Source: Eledone cirrhosa (Eukaryota). From it: a stretch of DNA of 64,000 nt. Numbering within the stretch: position 1 is the stretch's first letter; each line of letters opens with the position of its first letter. The position numbers and the translations under genes are program-made. Under the pieces are notes generated by a model. It saw nothing but the letters and a program-made list of their open reading frames with translations. It was not told where the DNA came from and made no database searches. The DNA lies in assembly GCA_964016885.1 (NCBI GenBank), contig OZ024743.1, positions 288,486,001 to 288,550,000 on the forward strand, read 5' to 3'. Positions 38,971 through 54,517 of this stretch are shown here, one piece after another.

Positions 38971-39059
38971 ATGTTGTTGGTGGTTTTTCGTCTTCGTATT
39001 TTTCTTTTCTTTTTTGTTTTTGCTATTCCCTCCGCCATCTCCACATGGACATTAAGTTC

Positions 39060-39320
39060 AATTATCTTCATCATCATCAACGCCATCATCCTTGTCAACA
39101 TCGTCACCATCATCATCATCATCATCATCACAATCACCATCACCGTCATCACCACCACCACCACCACCAACACCTCAATCATCCTCAACACCATCATCAT
39201 CACCATCACCATCTCCATTAACACCACCACCTCAATCATCATCATTATCACCATCATCATCAACACCATCATCATCACTATCACTATCACCACCAACACC
39301 TCCATCATCATCAGTAACAA

Positions 39321-39355
<35 letters not shown>

Positions 39356-39359
39356 ACAT

Positions 39360-39390
<31 letters not shown>

Positions 39391-39435
39391 GTCATCATCA
39401 TCATCATCATCATCACCATTAACATCATCACCACC

Positions 39436-39523
<88 letters not shown>

Positions 39524-39549
39524 CCATCATCACCATCATCATCATCACC

Positions 39550-39581
<32 letters not shown>

Positions 39582-39660
39582 CATCACCATCATCATCACC
39601 ATCATCATCATCATTAACATCAACGTCATCATCAGCCTCATCATTCTCATCATCACCTCC
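39060..39660 (+). repeat. (CAT/CAC)n compound microsatellite
   Basis: Direct inspection. Confidence 0.95.
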
Positions 39661-39871
39661 ATCCCGAAATATATTGTTTACCGTCATAGTTAAAGAAACG
39701 ATATATCTTAAGAATGAAAGGTGGAATGGTCATGGGTGGCGTGTCTAGGTCTGCTGAATCATAACTAACCTTGGCTTAAACAGCAACTTCAATTTCCATA
39801 GCATAACAGTCGCTTTAAAAGTTTCCTCGAACAAGTGTCTTCTCCACTCTCTCTCTCTTTCTATCTCTCAC

Positions 39872-39939
<68 letters not shown>

Positions 39940-39951
39940 TCTCTCTCTCTG

Positions 39952-39986
<35 letters not shown>

Positions 39987-39989
39987 CTT

Positions 39990-40085
<96 letters not shown>

Positions 40086-40248
40086 TATATATATACACAC
40101 ACATAAACATACATATTATATGTATGTATATACACAGACACATATATATAGTAATAATAATAAATGTTTTTAGTTTCAGAAGATCCCGTTAAGGGTAAAA
40201 GCAATGATTCATTGCTTAAACTTTAATCTGTTATTTTAATATATAAAA

Positions 40249-40494
40249 GTGACACAGAGGAGACTGAGGTTAGCTGGACATGCTCACCGACATCCAGAGT
40301 TGACATTGCACTCAGTGCACCTGTGGGAGCCCCTACATGGACACACTGGAAGAGGAAGACCAAGGTTAACGTATGTTGATGCCCTAAGGACAGACACTGG
40401 TCTATTGGAGACGCAGGACATGGCAGCGATAATGAGGGACAGAGACCGCTGGAGAGAACTCGTCCATGGATCTCGGGAATTTAACCCGCCCTAG
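40249..40494 (+). pseudogene. 3'-terminal fragment of an RTE/RTE-X-like LINE ORF
   Basis: RRLRLAGHAHRH..LWEP..GRGRPRLTYVD..MRDRDRWRELV, then (TA)n. Confidence 0.85.
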
Positions 40495-40507
40495 AAATAT
40501 ATATATA

Positions 40508-40549
<42 letters not shown>

Positions 40550-40940
40550 TTTTCCGTAGTGTTGTAATACGATGAAATGATAGTTGAAAATAACATTGAA
40601 ATTTTGAGTGTCTGCATAATTAATACTTTGTAGATAGCAGCTGTTTTCAGGTTATATAACTGTTATTGAAACACGTGTCAATAAATTCCTTTTACTGAAC
40701 TGTATCCATTTAAATCCTTCTATATATATATATATGTATATACAAATGAAAGTACAGCATATTCGAAGTTCGAGCAGCAGCTAAGCCAACGAATGCTCTC
40801 AGCAGTGCAGCAAGCACTCGACAAGGTATAGACCTCAGAGTAATAACATACAGTTTAAAGGGCTTTATACATATATATATATATATATTATATATATATA
40901 TATATACATATGCACACATATATATGTTATATATATATGC

Positions 40941-40978
<38 letters not shown>

Positions 40979-41229
40979 GTTTATTTAGACACACACATAC
41001 ACATACATAGACACATCAGCACATATACATACGGATATCTCAGCATTGTAAAGTGTGGTTGCAATGACAAATTAACTGCTTTTTTGTTTATTTCAGTTTC
41101 AGCTAGTCCACTTTGTAGTTGCGTTTCTGTTGTTTCCTTTTTTTAATGAACGGATAAATAATGAACAGATACATATTTGTCACTAAAAATTTACATTTAC
41201 ATACACACAGACACATAACTATATATACA

Positions 41230-41323
<94 letters not shown>

Positions 41324-41390
41324 ATATATATATGTGTATATATATATACATATATACATATATACATATATATATACACATATATATACG

Positions 41391-41421
<31 letters not shown>

Positions 41422-41439
41422 GTACATATATACATATAT

Positions 41440-41484
<45 letters not shown>

Positions 41485-41515
41485 CATATTTATATATACA
41501 TATTTATACATATAT

Positions 41516-41621
<106 letters not shown>

Positions 41622-41637
41622 TGAGACTAAGAAAGTG

Positions 41638-41686
<49 letters not shown>

Positions 41687-42084
41687 GTTGGTGGGACACA
41701 GATGCTAAAAATACTCACACGCGTACTTTGTACCTTCAACTATACACATATGCGCGCACACAAACACTTACTCATACAATACGTTGTTACCAATCTCTTC
41801 GGGGAGTATAGGATGAGTGAAGAGAAATGTGTTTTAATCTAGAAATCTGTCTTTGTAATAGATCTAACGATGTAGAAATATCAACATGGTATTGTCATTT
41901 GGGATTCTGTTTCAAACTGGCTTTATATCTTCAAACGTATGGAAATCTTAGAAAAGACTATGATAATAGTAATAATGATGATAACAATGATAGTAATAGG
42001 ATTGAATATAACAATGATAATAGCTACAATGAAAATAGTTAGAATGATAATAGTTACAAAAGAAACAACAGCGATATTACTAAT

Positions 42085-42910
42085 AATAATGCCATTTACT
42101 ATAGGCACAAGGACAGTAATTTTTTTTTTAATTATTTTTTTGGAGGGAAAGTCGATTAAATCGACCCAGAGCATTACTAGTGTTTTAATTCTCCGCCGTG
42201 AAAGGATGAAAGGCTAAGCTATCTCGACGGGATTTGAACTCAGAAAGTAAAGCGCCGTAATTATATGTCGCAAAGCATTTTGTCCGACGCTCTACCGATA
42301 CTGTCAATCCAATGATAATAGTGATTTCTATTGTAGGCACAAGGCCAGCAATTTTGGAGGAGGAGAAGTCGATTAAATCGACCGCAGTGTGATACTGGTA
42401 CTTTATTTTATCGACCCCCGTAAGGATGAAAGGCAAAGTCAACCTTGGCGGGATGTGAACTCGGAACATAAAGGGCCATAACTCTATGCCGCAAAGCATG
42501 GCGTCCGACCCTCTACCGATATTGCCAATCCAATAACAATAATTGTTTCTACTTTTGGCACAAGGCCAGTGTATTACTGGTACTTTATTTTATCGACCCC
42601 ATAAGGATGAAAGGCAAAGTTAACCTCGGTGGGATTTGAACTCGGACCATAAAGGGCCGTAACTCTATGCGTCAAAGCATGGCGTCCGACCCTCTACCGA
42701 TACTGCCAATCCAATAATAATAATAATAATGGTTTCTACTATAGGCATAAGGCCAACAACTTTAGGGGAGGGCAAAGTCGATTAAATTGACCCTTGTGTA
42801 TTACTGGTACTTTATTTTATTGGCGGGGTTTGAACACAGGACGTAAAGAGCCGTAACTATATGCGGCAAAAAAAAAGATGTCGGACGGTCTACTGATACT
42901 ACCAATCCGC
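42085..42910 (-). mobile_element. Head-to-tail array of four SINE family A copies
   Basis: Copies at ~42085-42310, 42320-42530, 42540-42712 and 42728-42910, joined by short (TAA) tails. Confidence 0.9.
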
Positions 42911-43124
42911 CCTACTACTACTAATAATAAGGATCCTTCGCTTAGTTAACAGCTTCTCATACATACTTATACATGCGCATATATAGATTTATACACACAC
43001 ACTCATCCACATATAACTATCTGATACATAATGGCATTTCAAAAAAAGTAAACAGTCACTTTTTGCAATGAATATTATTTGACTATAAACAATATTAATT
43101 GCATGTTTAATGCACTAAATATCG

Positions 43125-43182
<58 letters not shown>

Positions 43183-44098
43183 ATGAAATACCCATGATCG
43201 TTTGGTAAATCACTGAAGAGGGACTCATTTTATAACATGTTATCCATGTGCAACCATGCAGTATTCTTCTCACCCATATTTTTCATATATATATATATAT
43301 ATATAGATAGATAGATAGATAGATAGATATAATAGATATATTTTTAAAAAGATAGAGGTGTGACACACGAGTTGTGAAATATTAGTAGAAAGGAAAAGAA
43401 AATGCTGACAAATTTTTCCCAGTGAAAAATAGCTTAATTAGGAATAAGTATAAATTAGTAATAAGTATTAGTTAGTATTCAGTTTTAGTTTTCAGTTTTT
43501 ACCGGTTGCGCATTTCTTATGGTTTTCAAAAATAATTTTGAGATAGGGTGCTCGTGATTTTCGCTCTAATCTCTCTCTCTATATATACACACACACACAC
43601 ATATGTATGTACGTGTGTTTGTGAGTGTATGAGCGTATATGTGAACTTATTTATATAGTCATGGATATAGTTATATATCTATGTACATATAGCATATAAT
43701 ATCTAGATATTATATATAGATATATTCGTGTATACATGCTGATTTTTTGCCATAACATATCTACATAGGGCGCAACAGTAGTGACAAAGGAGGGTCGTAC
43801 ACAATACAGTAAGAGTCCTCTGCCTCCCACACTTCAAACGTTGCCATCATGTATGTATATAAGAAAGTATAAATATTTTTCCGTCTGTATAATAGAATAT
43901 ATCGTGTAAGTTGAAATATAAGCTGTGTATTTCATATTACGTCAGATATAATGAGGTGCAGTAAGGAGTGGGGGGTGAGTAATAGTAGGACAACTCTAAA
44001 GAGAGAGAGAGAGATAGAGATAGGAGGGGGAGAGGGAGAGACCGAGAGAAATTAAGCTAGATAGAGTGGGAAATAAGAGTGAAAGAGTTGAAAACTGG

Positions 44099-44159
<61 letters not shown>

Positions 44160-44225
44160 AACATATATATACATTTATATATATATAAATAAATATATAT
44201 ATATTTATATATATATTTATATATA

Positions 44226-44270
<45 letters not shown>

Positions 44271-44493
44271 ATGTGTGTGTGTGTGTGTGTGTGTATGGCA
44301 GACATTATAGGGGAAGGAGATAGAGATTGGGTGTAGGAAATTTAGAGAAAGAAACGTAGACGCATAAATAAGGGAGGGGTGATGAGATAAATATATTGAG
44401 ACTACACGCCAGGGAGTATGTATATATATATTATACATATATTATATAAATATAAACATATATATAAATATATGTATATATACATACATACAT

Positions 44494-44565
<72 letters not shown>

Positions 44566-44596
44566 ATGTATATATACATATATATATATATATTTG

Positions 44597-44635
<39 letters not shown>

Positions 44636-44725
44636 ATGTATACATACACACGCCAGGGAGTATGTATATATATTATACATATATTATATAAATATAAACA
44701 TATATATAAATATATGTATATATAC

Positions 44726-44765
<40 letters not shown>

Positions 44766-44766
44766 G

Positions 44767-44875
<109 letters not shown>

Positions 44876-45310
44876 TAGTAGTAAATGAGAATGAGTGAAG
44901 GCCTACAGATGTATATATATACATACACAAGTTTAGTCAGACTAAGAGACAGACACAGATATATATTTGTTTGTTTAATTTGTTTAACTATATATCATTA
45001 GATATATATATGTGCGAGAACATATGTATATATTTGTGTGTGTGTGTATGTATGTATGTGTGTGTGTGTGTGCATGCTCATATATATGCGTATATAAGTA
45101 TTAATGCATTTAAGTAATATCAATATGCACGTATGTTTCTATATATGGCAGTGCATGCAAGTATCTCGTTACTATATGTATATATACATACAACTATATA
45201 TGTATTATACGTATGCATGTATAAATGTATACAAATATATATTTATATATGGATGTATGCCAATATGTAGCATAGCTATACAACAGTATGTGTATGTAAG
45301 TGTGTGTATG

Positions 45311-45429
<119 letters not shown>

Positions 45430-45659
45430 TTAAATGTATATGTATTTGGACGGAAAGAAAGTATGGTGAAAAGTTTGATCGAAAGGCAAGAACATTTTAA
45501 AATGTTGTGACAATAATGATGGAAGAACTTCCTAGAACAGTAAATAAATTAATTAATATTGTTATATTATAATTAATTATTATATAAATGAATAATAGTT
45601 GAAAAAGTACCGCCCAAATAGATTCATAGAAGGAATGAATTAAAGGAACTTAACAATTT

Positions 45660-46050
45660 TTGTTTCTACTAATTTTGTTTCGGATGGGTAGGGATGTGCC
45701 TATGGAGCTTTTTATGGCTCCAGGAATGGAGGAAGGCTTGAAAATATCTTCAAGCGGATAATTCGTCCGGATACTTGCAACAGTAAGGACTTCGCTAAAG
45801 GCACCTAATTGCTAGATACAGTTGTTAAAGCAGGCTGAAATTTACCATCTAATTTGGGGATACATTCATCTACCTCACCCACATATTACGGAAGACTTGA
45901 AACGAGTCTATGTCGCTATCTTCCACAACTAAACAGTAAAAAAAAGTAATTGCATTTTCATTCTGCAAAAATATATGTAGCCGATCTCTCGGATTTTCTT
46001 ATAAAGCGCTGAGGAGAGGGGACAACGTTAATGTAAATAGTGGTGTGCTC
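45660..46050 (+). pseudogene. Decayed mariner-like transposase
   Basis: Frameshifted remnants resembling VFWD..G, xDN..H and LPHPxY..DL..F..LK motifs. Confidence 0.45.
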
Positions 46051-48593
46051 ATGCGCAGAGATGCTATAAAATAGCTTATAAAATAGAATGAAGACCCTTA
46101 GAGTAAGAAAAATAAGTTGACCTCGGCCGCTACAAGAAACCTAACCTCATAACTCCCAGATACCGATTAGGCGGTTGAAACCCTGTAGTGGCCAATGTCA
46201 ACACTTTTTCCGTCTTTAAGGGTCTTCACACCACTTATATAAAATGAAATTTTGCAGGAAAGAAAATAAAGTTAAGCAGGGTTTGTTGTTTATGAAATCG
46301 AACCTAGCAAATGTTTGGTACATTTTTAATGACGCTGAAATGACGATAGGGTGGGGCACGTTGACTCTGTCGGTATTTGAACTCAGAATGTAATGGCACT
46401 TAAATATAAATCTAAAGCATTTTCTCAAGTACTCTGTCGTTTTTAACAACTTAATGACATTTTGCTTGTGAATAAAACCATTTGTAGGCCTATTTCTTGT
46501 TCAGGGTCTTTGAGTCTGCTGGTAACGAGGGAGGGAGAAAGTATCGTCAATCCCAAGCCTCGGCGTAAATTTTTTGCAATAGAACAGCTCCACTAAAAGC
46601 ACTCTACAAACAGTTGGTAGTGTTACACAAGTCAAGTAAGCCATAACAAGATTTGAACTGAGAACAAACAAAAAAATATATTAATAAACAAATGCGGCAG
46701 TGTATTTAACCTGATGATCTAACAATTCTGCTAATACGCCGTCCTGAACAGGTATTTTATTTTATCAAACCCGATACGATGAAAGAGAAATTTGACCTCG
46801 GCTGAATATGAACTTAAATCGTAGAGGGTCAGACGCCAGTCATTTGTTCTGGCCCTAACGTATGTTTGATATGATACATCAACTGTTACATTATGTTACG
46901 TAAGTGAACGCTTTTTACTTTAACACATATATAACAAGGTCACATATTGTGAGGACAGTCGCTTATACCGAACCAGTATTTGACTCGGTCCTAATTTTGT
47001 CGATCATATCTAGTTGAAAGGTAAATAAATAAATAAATAGAATGAATAATAGGGTTTCAAGACAGAGTGCAAGGGATATGACAAGATAGCTCTAAATTAA
47101 TTTGTCTATAAATTTTTTAATATACGAAGGAGTTGGCTGAGTCTCTTGGACTGGGTGATTTCAAGTTTCAGACAGTGAAAAGTCGATTAAATAAAGGCGG
47201 TACGTGACTGGTACTATATTTTATTGACGCTGGAAGGCTGAAAAACAGAGTACTTTATTTTAGAAGGTATTTAAAGTTACAACGAAAATGCCGCTAAGCA
47301 TGTTGCCCAAAGTTCTAACGATTCTCGCAATATAGTACATTGTGGTATTCATTCCTGCATCCTACATTGTCTGAATTTAAATCCCACCAAGGTCCACTTT
47401 GCATTTTATCCTTTACTTCATCATCTCGCTCTCTCTCTCTCTCTTTCTTTCTCTTTCTTTATATATATATATATATATGAAAAGAGTCAGGAACCAGACG
47501 GCTGAGCTCCGGCCATTTCGACAGCTAGATCCCACTTGCTCGTGTGCTCTCTGCCTCTCTCTCTTCACACCTCTCCAGGAGGAAGATTCTTATTCTATAG
47601 ATGGCCGTCAGTGTCCAAAAGGAGAGAAATGAAGGCCAAATATGGACAGGTTTCTTTTATCACAGCTCTGTGAGTGAAAATTAGTAGGCAGAATCTGTGA
47701 CGAAGCCCTTCATACATGTTTGTGTGTTTGTATCTACTGCTTGTTTGTGTCCCGGTTCGACAGCACCAGACTTGAAAAAAAAATGTAATCGAACCCAATA
47801 GTTATTTGGTACAAGCCGAGTGAGTATTTGAACTTTCTCAAGTACTCTAGTGTGTTTCTTATTAGTAAGTTCAATATAATCGACTAAAGTCCGAGAAGGC
47901 AATGCTCCAGAATGGCAGCCGTCTAATGACTGAAAACAGTAAGAGAATAAAATAATTACAGAATATGTTTGAACAAACTACAACAACAAGAGGAATAAAA
48001 TTGATGAGTTGGTCATAGATGGATTGGTGGGAATCCTAGGTGTGTTAGCTCAGGCTAAAACATCGTATGTTTGTGTGGAATAAGTGTTTTTCGTACAGAA
48101 AATATGAAAAAACAAATGGTAAAAATATAATGTCTGTGTATATTTAACTGCTGTCTCTGTGTGTATATTTGTCTGCTCTGTATTTGTGTTTGTGTGTATG
48201 TGCGCGTGTGTTTTTCTGCACTCTGTGTGTGTAGCTTTGTCTGCTCTGTGTGTCTGCGTGTATGTGTTGTTTTCTACTCTCTATGCGTGTATGCTTGTCT
48301 GTTGTCTGTATGTGTGTGTATGTTTGTCTACTGTCTGTCTGTGTGTGTGTGTATGTGTTGCTGTCTGCTGTCTGGCTTCGTGTTTCAAACACATACACGT
48401 GCACGAAGACACAAACATACGAATGCACACATATACACATAGACATATAGATTAAAATATACACACACACACACACACACGTACATGCAGTCGCGCGAAC
48501 ACACAAATATTTAAACATAGACACATACATACACATAGATAAACATATATACACATGCACAGACACACACAGACGAAAGAGACGTACACACAC

Positions 48594-48655
<62 letters not shown>

Positions 48656-49034
48656 TTAAACACAGTGATATACGCTCATACACATACATATACACACATA
48701 TGTATTACATATAAAGAGAACAGCGTTAAAAATGAATGTGTGATGTATATCATGGTGAAATTAAACCTCGAATATAACAGAATCTCCTCCATATGTTAAT
48801 AAATGTGTTTATATCGACATCTCCAAGCTGTTCTCTAGACATAGCAGCCGCTGTCGTCATTACAGCCATCGTCCTTGTCGTCGTCGTCGTCGTCGTCCTT
48901 GTCGTCGTCGTCGTCGTCGTCGTCGTCGTTGTCAACGTCATCGTTGTCATCGTCGTCGTCGTCGACGCCATCATTGACATCCAGCCTTATATCATCTTTA
49001 TCATAGTCATTGTCGTCGTAGTAATTGTCTCCAA

Positions 49035-49440
49035 CAACACCATCAACATCACCACCACCACCACCACCACCACCACCACCACCACCATCACCACCACTAT
49101 CATCATAAATACCATCAAGACGACGACGACAACCACCGCCGCCACCACCACCACCACCACCACCACCACCACCACCACCACCAACATCACCACCACCACC
49201 ACCACCACCACCACCACCACCACCACCACTATCATCATAAATACCATCAAGACGACGACGACAACCACCGCCGCCACCACCACCACCACCACCACCACCA
49301 CCACCACCACCACCAACATCACCACCACCACCACCACCACCACCACCACCACCACCACCACTATCATCATAAATACCATCAAGACGACGACGACAACCAC
49401 CGCCGCCACCACCACCACCACCACCACCACAACCACCATC
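49035..49440 (+). repeat. Higher-order repeat (three ~120-130 bp units) built on (ACC)n
   Basis: actatcatcataaataccatcaagacgacgacgacaaccaccgccgcc occurs three times. Confidence 0.9.
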
Positions 49441-49636
49441 TCAATTCATCAACAACATCATCATCATCATTACCATCACCATCATCATCATCATCATCAA
49501 AATCAACATCTCCATCAGTATCATCATTATCTCTAATACCATCATCATCGACTTCGTCATCCAAGTTCACCTCTCTCATCAACACCATTTTCTATCCACC
49601 CTTCCTCCTCCTCCTCCTCCTCCTCCTCCTCCTCCG

Positions 49637-49671
<35 letters not shown>

Positions 49672-50343
49672 CTTCAACATCACATCATCGTCATCATCAC
49701 CATCATCACCATTATCATCATCACATCATCATCACATCATCATCATCACACCATCACATCTTCATTATCATCATCATCACATCATCATCATCATCATCAC
49801 CATCACCATCATCACATAATCATCATCATCATCGAACATCATCATCATCATAATCATCATAATTATCATAATCATCACCATCATCTTCATCATCATCACC
49901 ACCACATCATCATCATCATCATCATTATTATCACCACCATCATCATCATCATCAGCATCATCATTCACTCCCCTTCATCATCATCAACTATTTGCTGCTA
50001 CTGGGTATATTATATTTCTATTGCAGTATATTAGTTATATATTCCTTTCACATATCTTAACCCTGCCTGGGTGACGGGGTAGGGTTTTGTAGGACGGTGG
50101 GTCGGGGAGGGTAAAGGGCCCTGTTTGATGATGGTTCGGGGAGCAATGGAGGGCCACTCCACACTTATATTGTCAGCAGTCAGTGTTCATCTAGAGCTTT
50201 GATACCAACACACGTATATGTATACACACACACGTATGTGTATTTGTGTGTGTATGTCGATATGTAGATACGTTTGTATGATTATATATATACAGATGTG
50301 TGTGTGTGTGTATGCACATTCACAGACACATATTTGTATATAT

Positions 50344-50458
<115 letters not shown>

Positions 50459-50505
50459 TTATATATTGTATATATATATATATATATTTGTATATATATA
50501 TATAT

Positions 50506-50558
<53 letters not shown>

Positions 50559-50585
50559 ATATATATATTGTATATATATATATTT

Positions 50586-50625
<40 letters not shown>

Positions 50626-50688
50626 TATATGTATATATATATTTATATATTGTATATATATATATATATATATTGTATATATATATAT

Positions 50689-50743
<55 letters not shown>

Positions 50744-50770
50744 ATATATATATTGTATATATATATATTT

Positions 50771-50816
<46 letters not shown>

Positions 50817-50895
50817 TATATGTATATATATATTTATATATTGTATATATATATATATTGTATATATATATATAGTGTATATATATATATATATC

Positions 50896-50961
<66 letters not shown>

Positions 50962-51007
50962 ATATATATATTGTATATATATATATTGTATATATATATA
51001 TTACTAT

Positions 51008-51052
<45 letters not shown>

Positions 51053-51074
51053 CCTCACATATATATATATATAT

Positions 51075-51182
<108 letters not shown>

Positions 51183-51212
51183 CCTCACATATATATATAT
51201 ATATATATACAC

Positions 51213-51243
<31 letters not shown>

Positions 51244-51735
51244 TATATATATATATATGTGTGTGTATATTTGTGTACATATATGTATGAAATTGTAAGT
51301 GCCCCAAACTATCTTATCTCCTCATCACCCCCTACCAGTAACACTTCATGTCTGAAGCGCCCCTCCCCTGTTTTCTCCCATCTTCACCACTAACACTACC
51401 ACCGACAATAACAACACCACCAACACGTTCACCCCTCGTCACTCATTCTAACCGTTCTATACCACACCCACACCTTACACTGACATGTTTTTATTTCTCA
51501 TACCCGAAATCCCCAACCGAAGATTTCTACTGACTCTTCTCCTCAGCTGTAGCTTTAAGTAGAATTTTCATACATACTGGCAAACACTTTCAAAGACACC
51601 CCCCCCCCCCACACGCACAGACGCACACTCACCCACAAACATGCTTGTATGTGTGATGTGTATATATATATACTCTATATTTTTTCTCACTTGCAATGCA
51701 ACTATTGAATTATATATATATGTCATTTTACTCTA

Positions 51736-51796
<61 letters not shown>

Positions 51797-51848
51797 ATAT
51801 ATATATATATATATATATGAGACAGGTTGACACGATATATATATATAT

Positions 51849-52427
51849 GGTCGGGTCGTTGGCGACTAAACTGGCAACCCCACCAAGGTTTCTTGGTGAG
51901 GAGGGTGACTTTGGACATCCTGCAGGACTAAAAACAAAACCTGTCAAAGGGCAAAGGAGCTCTTAAGAGTCAATGGCCATCCAAAATCACCGGGAGAGAT
52001 GACCCCTTTAGCCTTAGTCAAGGCAGAATTCTAGGAGAAGGAAAACTCTGATATAACACCTGCAACCCTGATGGTATCCAATGATGTTGACTTGTTCTTC
52101 TTTTTGGTAAATAGCATCTTGGTTAAGAGAGTGGGACTGGCTTTGTGCAGTGCCTTTGCTCACTATAAAAGCTTCACGGCACAGGCATTGCTTTATATCT
52201 GGAGATCTCTCTGCACTTGTCCTCACATGGGCCCAGCACTATGTGTCAATAATTGTCCTACCATGGGCCTAGCACTATGTGTCAATAATTGTCACAGGTG
52301 TAGTGTTTGTACCAGAGGTTTCAAGTCGCTGGCTGGACTAAAAAGTCACACTCGTTCAGCGCTTCGGTAGGGGTTATCCTACATGGATGTAAAGTAGTGG
52401 CCGTACTCGAAAACGAGTTGGCAGCCA

Positions 52428-52429
<2 letters not shown>
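51849..52429 (+). mobile_element. Internally deleted non-autonomous RTE-derived element
   Basis: RTE-like 5' UTR motif ctaggagaaggaaaactctga; 3' C2H2-like CSVCTRGFKSLAGLKSH; 3' hairpin ctcg-aaaa-cgag; (TA)n on both sides. Confidence 0.65.
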
Positions 52430-52467
<38 letters not shown>

Positions 52468-52596
52468 CGTTGCCCCAGCATGGCCGCAGCCCCTCGACTA
52501 GAACGCAAATAAAAAAATATTTATGTATGTGTGTGTATGTGTGTGTGTGTTGGTGTGTGTGTGTGTGTGTGCGTGCGCGTGCGTATAATGATATGA

Positions 52597-53140
52597 AGGC
52601 GAATGGCTTAGTATTTCTTAGATCGTAGGGCTTACAATCGTCAAGTTGTGAGTTCAATTCCTGGACCGGGTGGTGTGTTGTGTTCTAGAGCAAGACGTTT
52701 TATTTCGAAGAACCCCAGTTTACTCAAATGTAGAAATGAGTTTCGACGTCAGTAGCAACAAGATCCATTGGCCCTTGCTATTTCTTTGGACAAGGGCGGT
52801 GGATTGGCAGTATCGGTAGAGGGTCGGACGCCATGCTTTCCAGCATAGTTACGTCCCTTTACGATCTGAGTTCAAATCCCGCCGAGGTTGACTTTGCCTT
52901 TCATCCTTACGGGGTCGATAAAATAAAGTACCAGTAATGCACTGGTTAATTGCTGGCCTTGTGCCTAAAGTAGAAACAGTTATTTCTTTGGACAACATCG
53001 GTGACGAAGAGGAGAGGCTGTTTTAAATGGGCGACTGCTGATCATCTACAAAAAACTTACCAAAACATTGTGCTTCAGAGGGAACTTTCTGAGTGCGACG
53101 CCCATGGTCATTCGTAGCTGCAGCGTGTCTCTACCTCTAC
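52597..53140 (+). mobile_element. SINE family B interrupted by a family A SINE
   Basis: tRNA-like head 52597-52665 with gagttcaattcc and gagcaagac; continues after 52995. Confidence 0.7.
52794..52980 (+). mobile_element. Full-length SINE family A with 15-bp TSD
   Basis: tatttctttggacaa at 52779-52793 and 52981-52995. Confidence 0.92.
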
Positions 53141-53214
53141 CTGTATAAACTATATGATGACGGCCGAACTAGGTCCAAAAATCGATTAAAGGTGTTTATC
53201 ATATTTTTAATTTG

Positions 53215-53385
53215 TAGCATAGTGTTACGGCCTTTTATGATCTGAGTTCAAACCTCGCCGAGGTTAACTTAGACTTTCATCCTTACGGGGTCGATAAAAT
53301 AAAGTACCAGTTGCGCACTGAGGTCGATTTAATCGACTTTCTCCTCCCCCAAAATTGCTGGTCTTGGGCCTATATAAGAAACCAT
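53215..53385 (+). mobile_element. 5'-truncated SINE family A
   Basis: Core and tail match. Confidence 0.85.
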
Positions 53386-53891
53386 TTTTTTTCAAATTCG
53401 TGTTTTTTGGCATGTTTACATATTTACATATTAAAAATGCGTATATTTATATACACACAGGTGCAGGCTCGGTTACACACTGAGTATATATACAGATATA
53501 ACTCTATCGTACATCTCAGTTTCTAAAAATAATCTTAATATTTTTAATATTAAGGGTATAGAAATAGTGAAAAAAAAAAGAGAGTGGGAAAGCATTGAAG
53601 TGTGAGAGAAAGAACGGATGTCAGAGAGTTGGATTTATATTATGACAGTATGTAGAAATCTGGGTGTGCATATTTAAGTAGGTGTATAAATACGTATGTA
53701 TAATCTCATTTTAGTAATCGCATCTATTACGACACATGAGGAATAGTGAAAGAAAGAATCAGTGGGATAGAAAAAAAAGAATTGAGTAAAATAAAAATGG
53801 AAAGAAAAAAGATATGTTGAAGTGTGAGAGAAAACAGTTAATTTGATAAATAGATATGCAGGCGGATTCATACATACATAAATACATACAT

Positions 53892-53968
<77 letters not shown>

Positions 53969-54427
53969 GGTGTCTGTGTGTCTGTGTGTGTGTGTATAGG
54001 TACATAGAAAGAATGATAGATAGATAGATAGGTGGATGTTTATATAAGTAGATACCTCAACACATAAATGGCTGGCGATATATATATATATAGAGAGAGA
54101 GATATGCATATGCGAAAAAGTAAACGGCGAAATAGGCTCGGTAGATACATATATCCATAGGTAGATATATAGCTAGATGGATGAATGGATGGGTAGACAT
54201 GTACATGTAGATAGAATAAGGGAATATGAGAGAGATGGGAGTAGAAAAGGAGCAAACAGTGGGGAGAGAAAACAGAGGGTTAAGAAAAAGAGGGGGGATA
54301 TGAGTGACTAAACGAATAAGTAAAAAGTTTGTGTTAGTGCAAGAGAGAATACATACATAATTATTATAATTCGTAGTAGTACTATTATTGAAGTAGTACT
54401 ATTATTGAGGTTACTATCATTATTATT

Positions 54428-54517
<90 letters not shown>

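Noticed and set aside
38820-39748. Poly-M/H/I/S/D ORFs up to 280 aa
   Set aside because: (CAT)n repeat is open in several frames, with no unique coding signal.
42085-42910. CRISPR-like regular repeats
   Set aside because: Eukaryotic SINE stack with ~200-bp units, no unique spacers and no cas genes.
46505-46636. Exon-like segment between ttgttcag and gtaagc
   Set aside because: Stops in all three frames.
48793-49536. Mucin-like Thr-rich 247-aa ORF
   Set aside because: It is a compound trinucleotide repeat with no convincing splice or start context.
52597-52665. tRNA gene
   Set aside because: It is a SINE head with A/B boxes that runs into SINE body; no complete cloverleaf.
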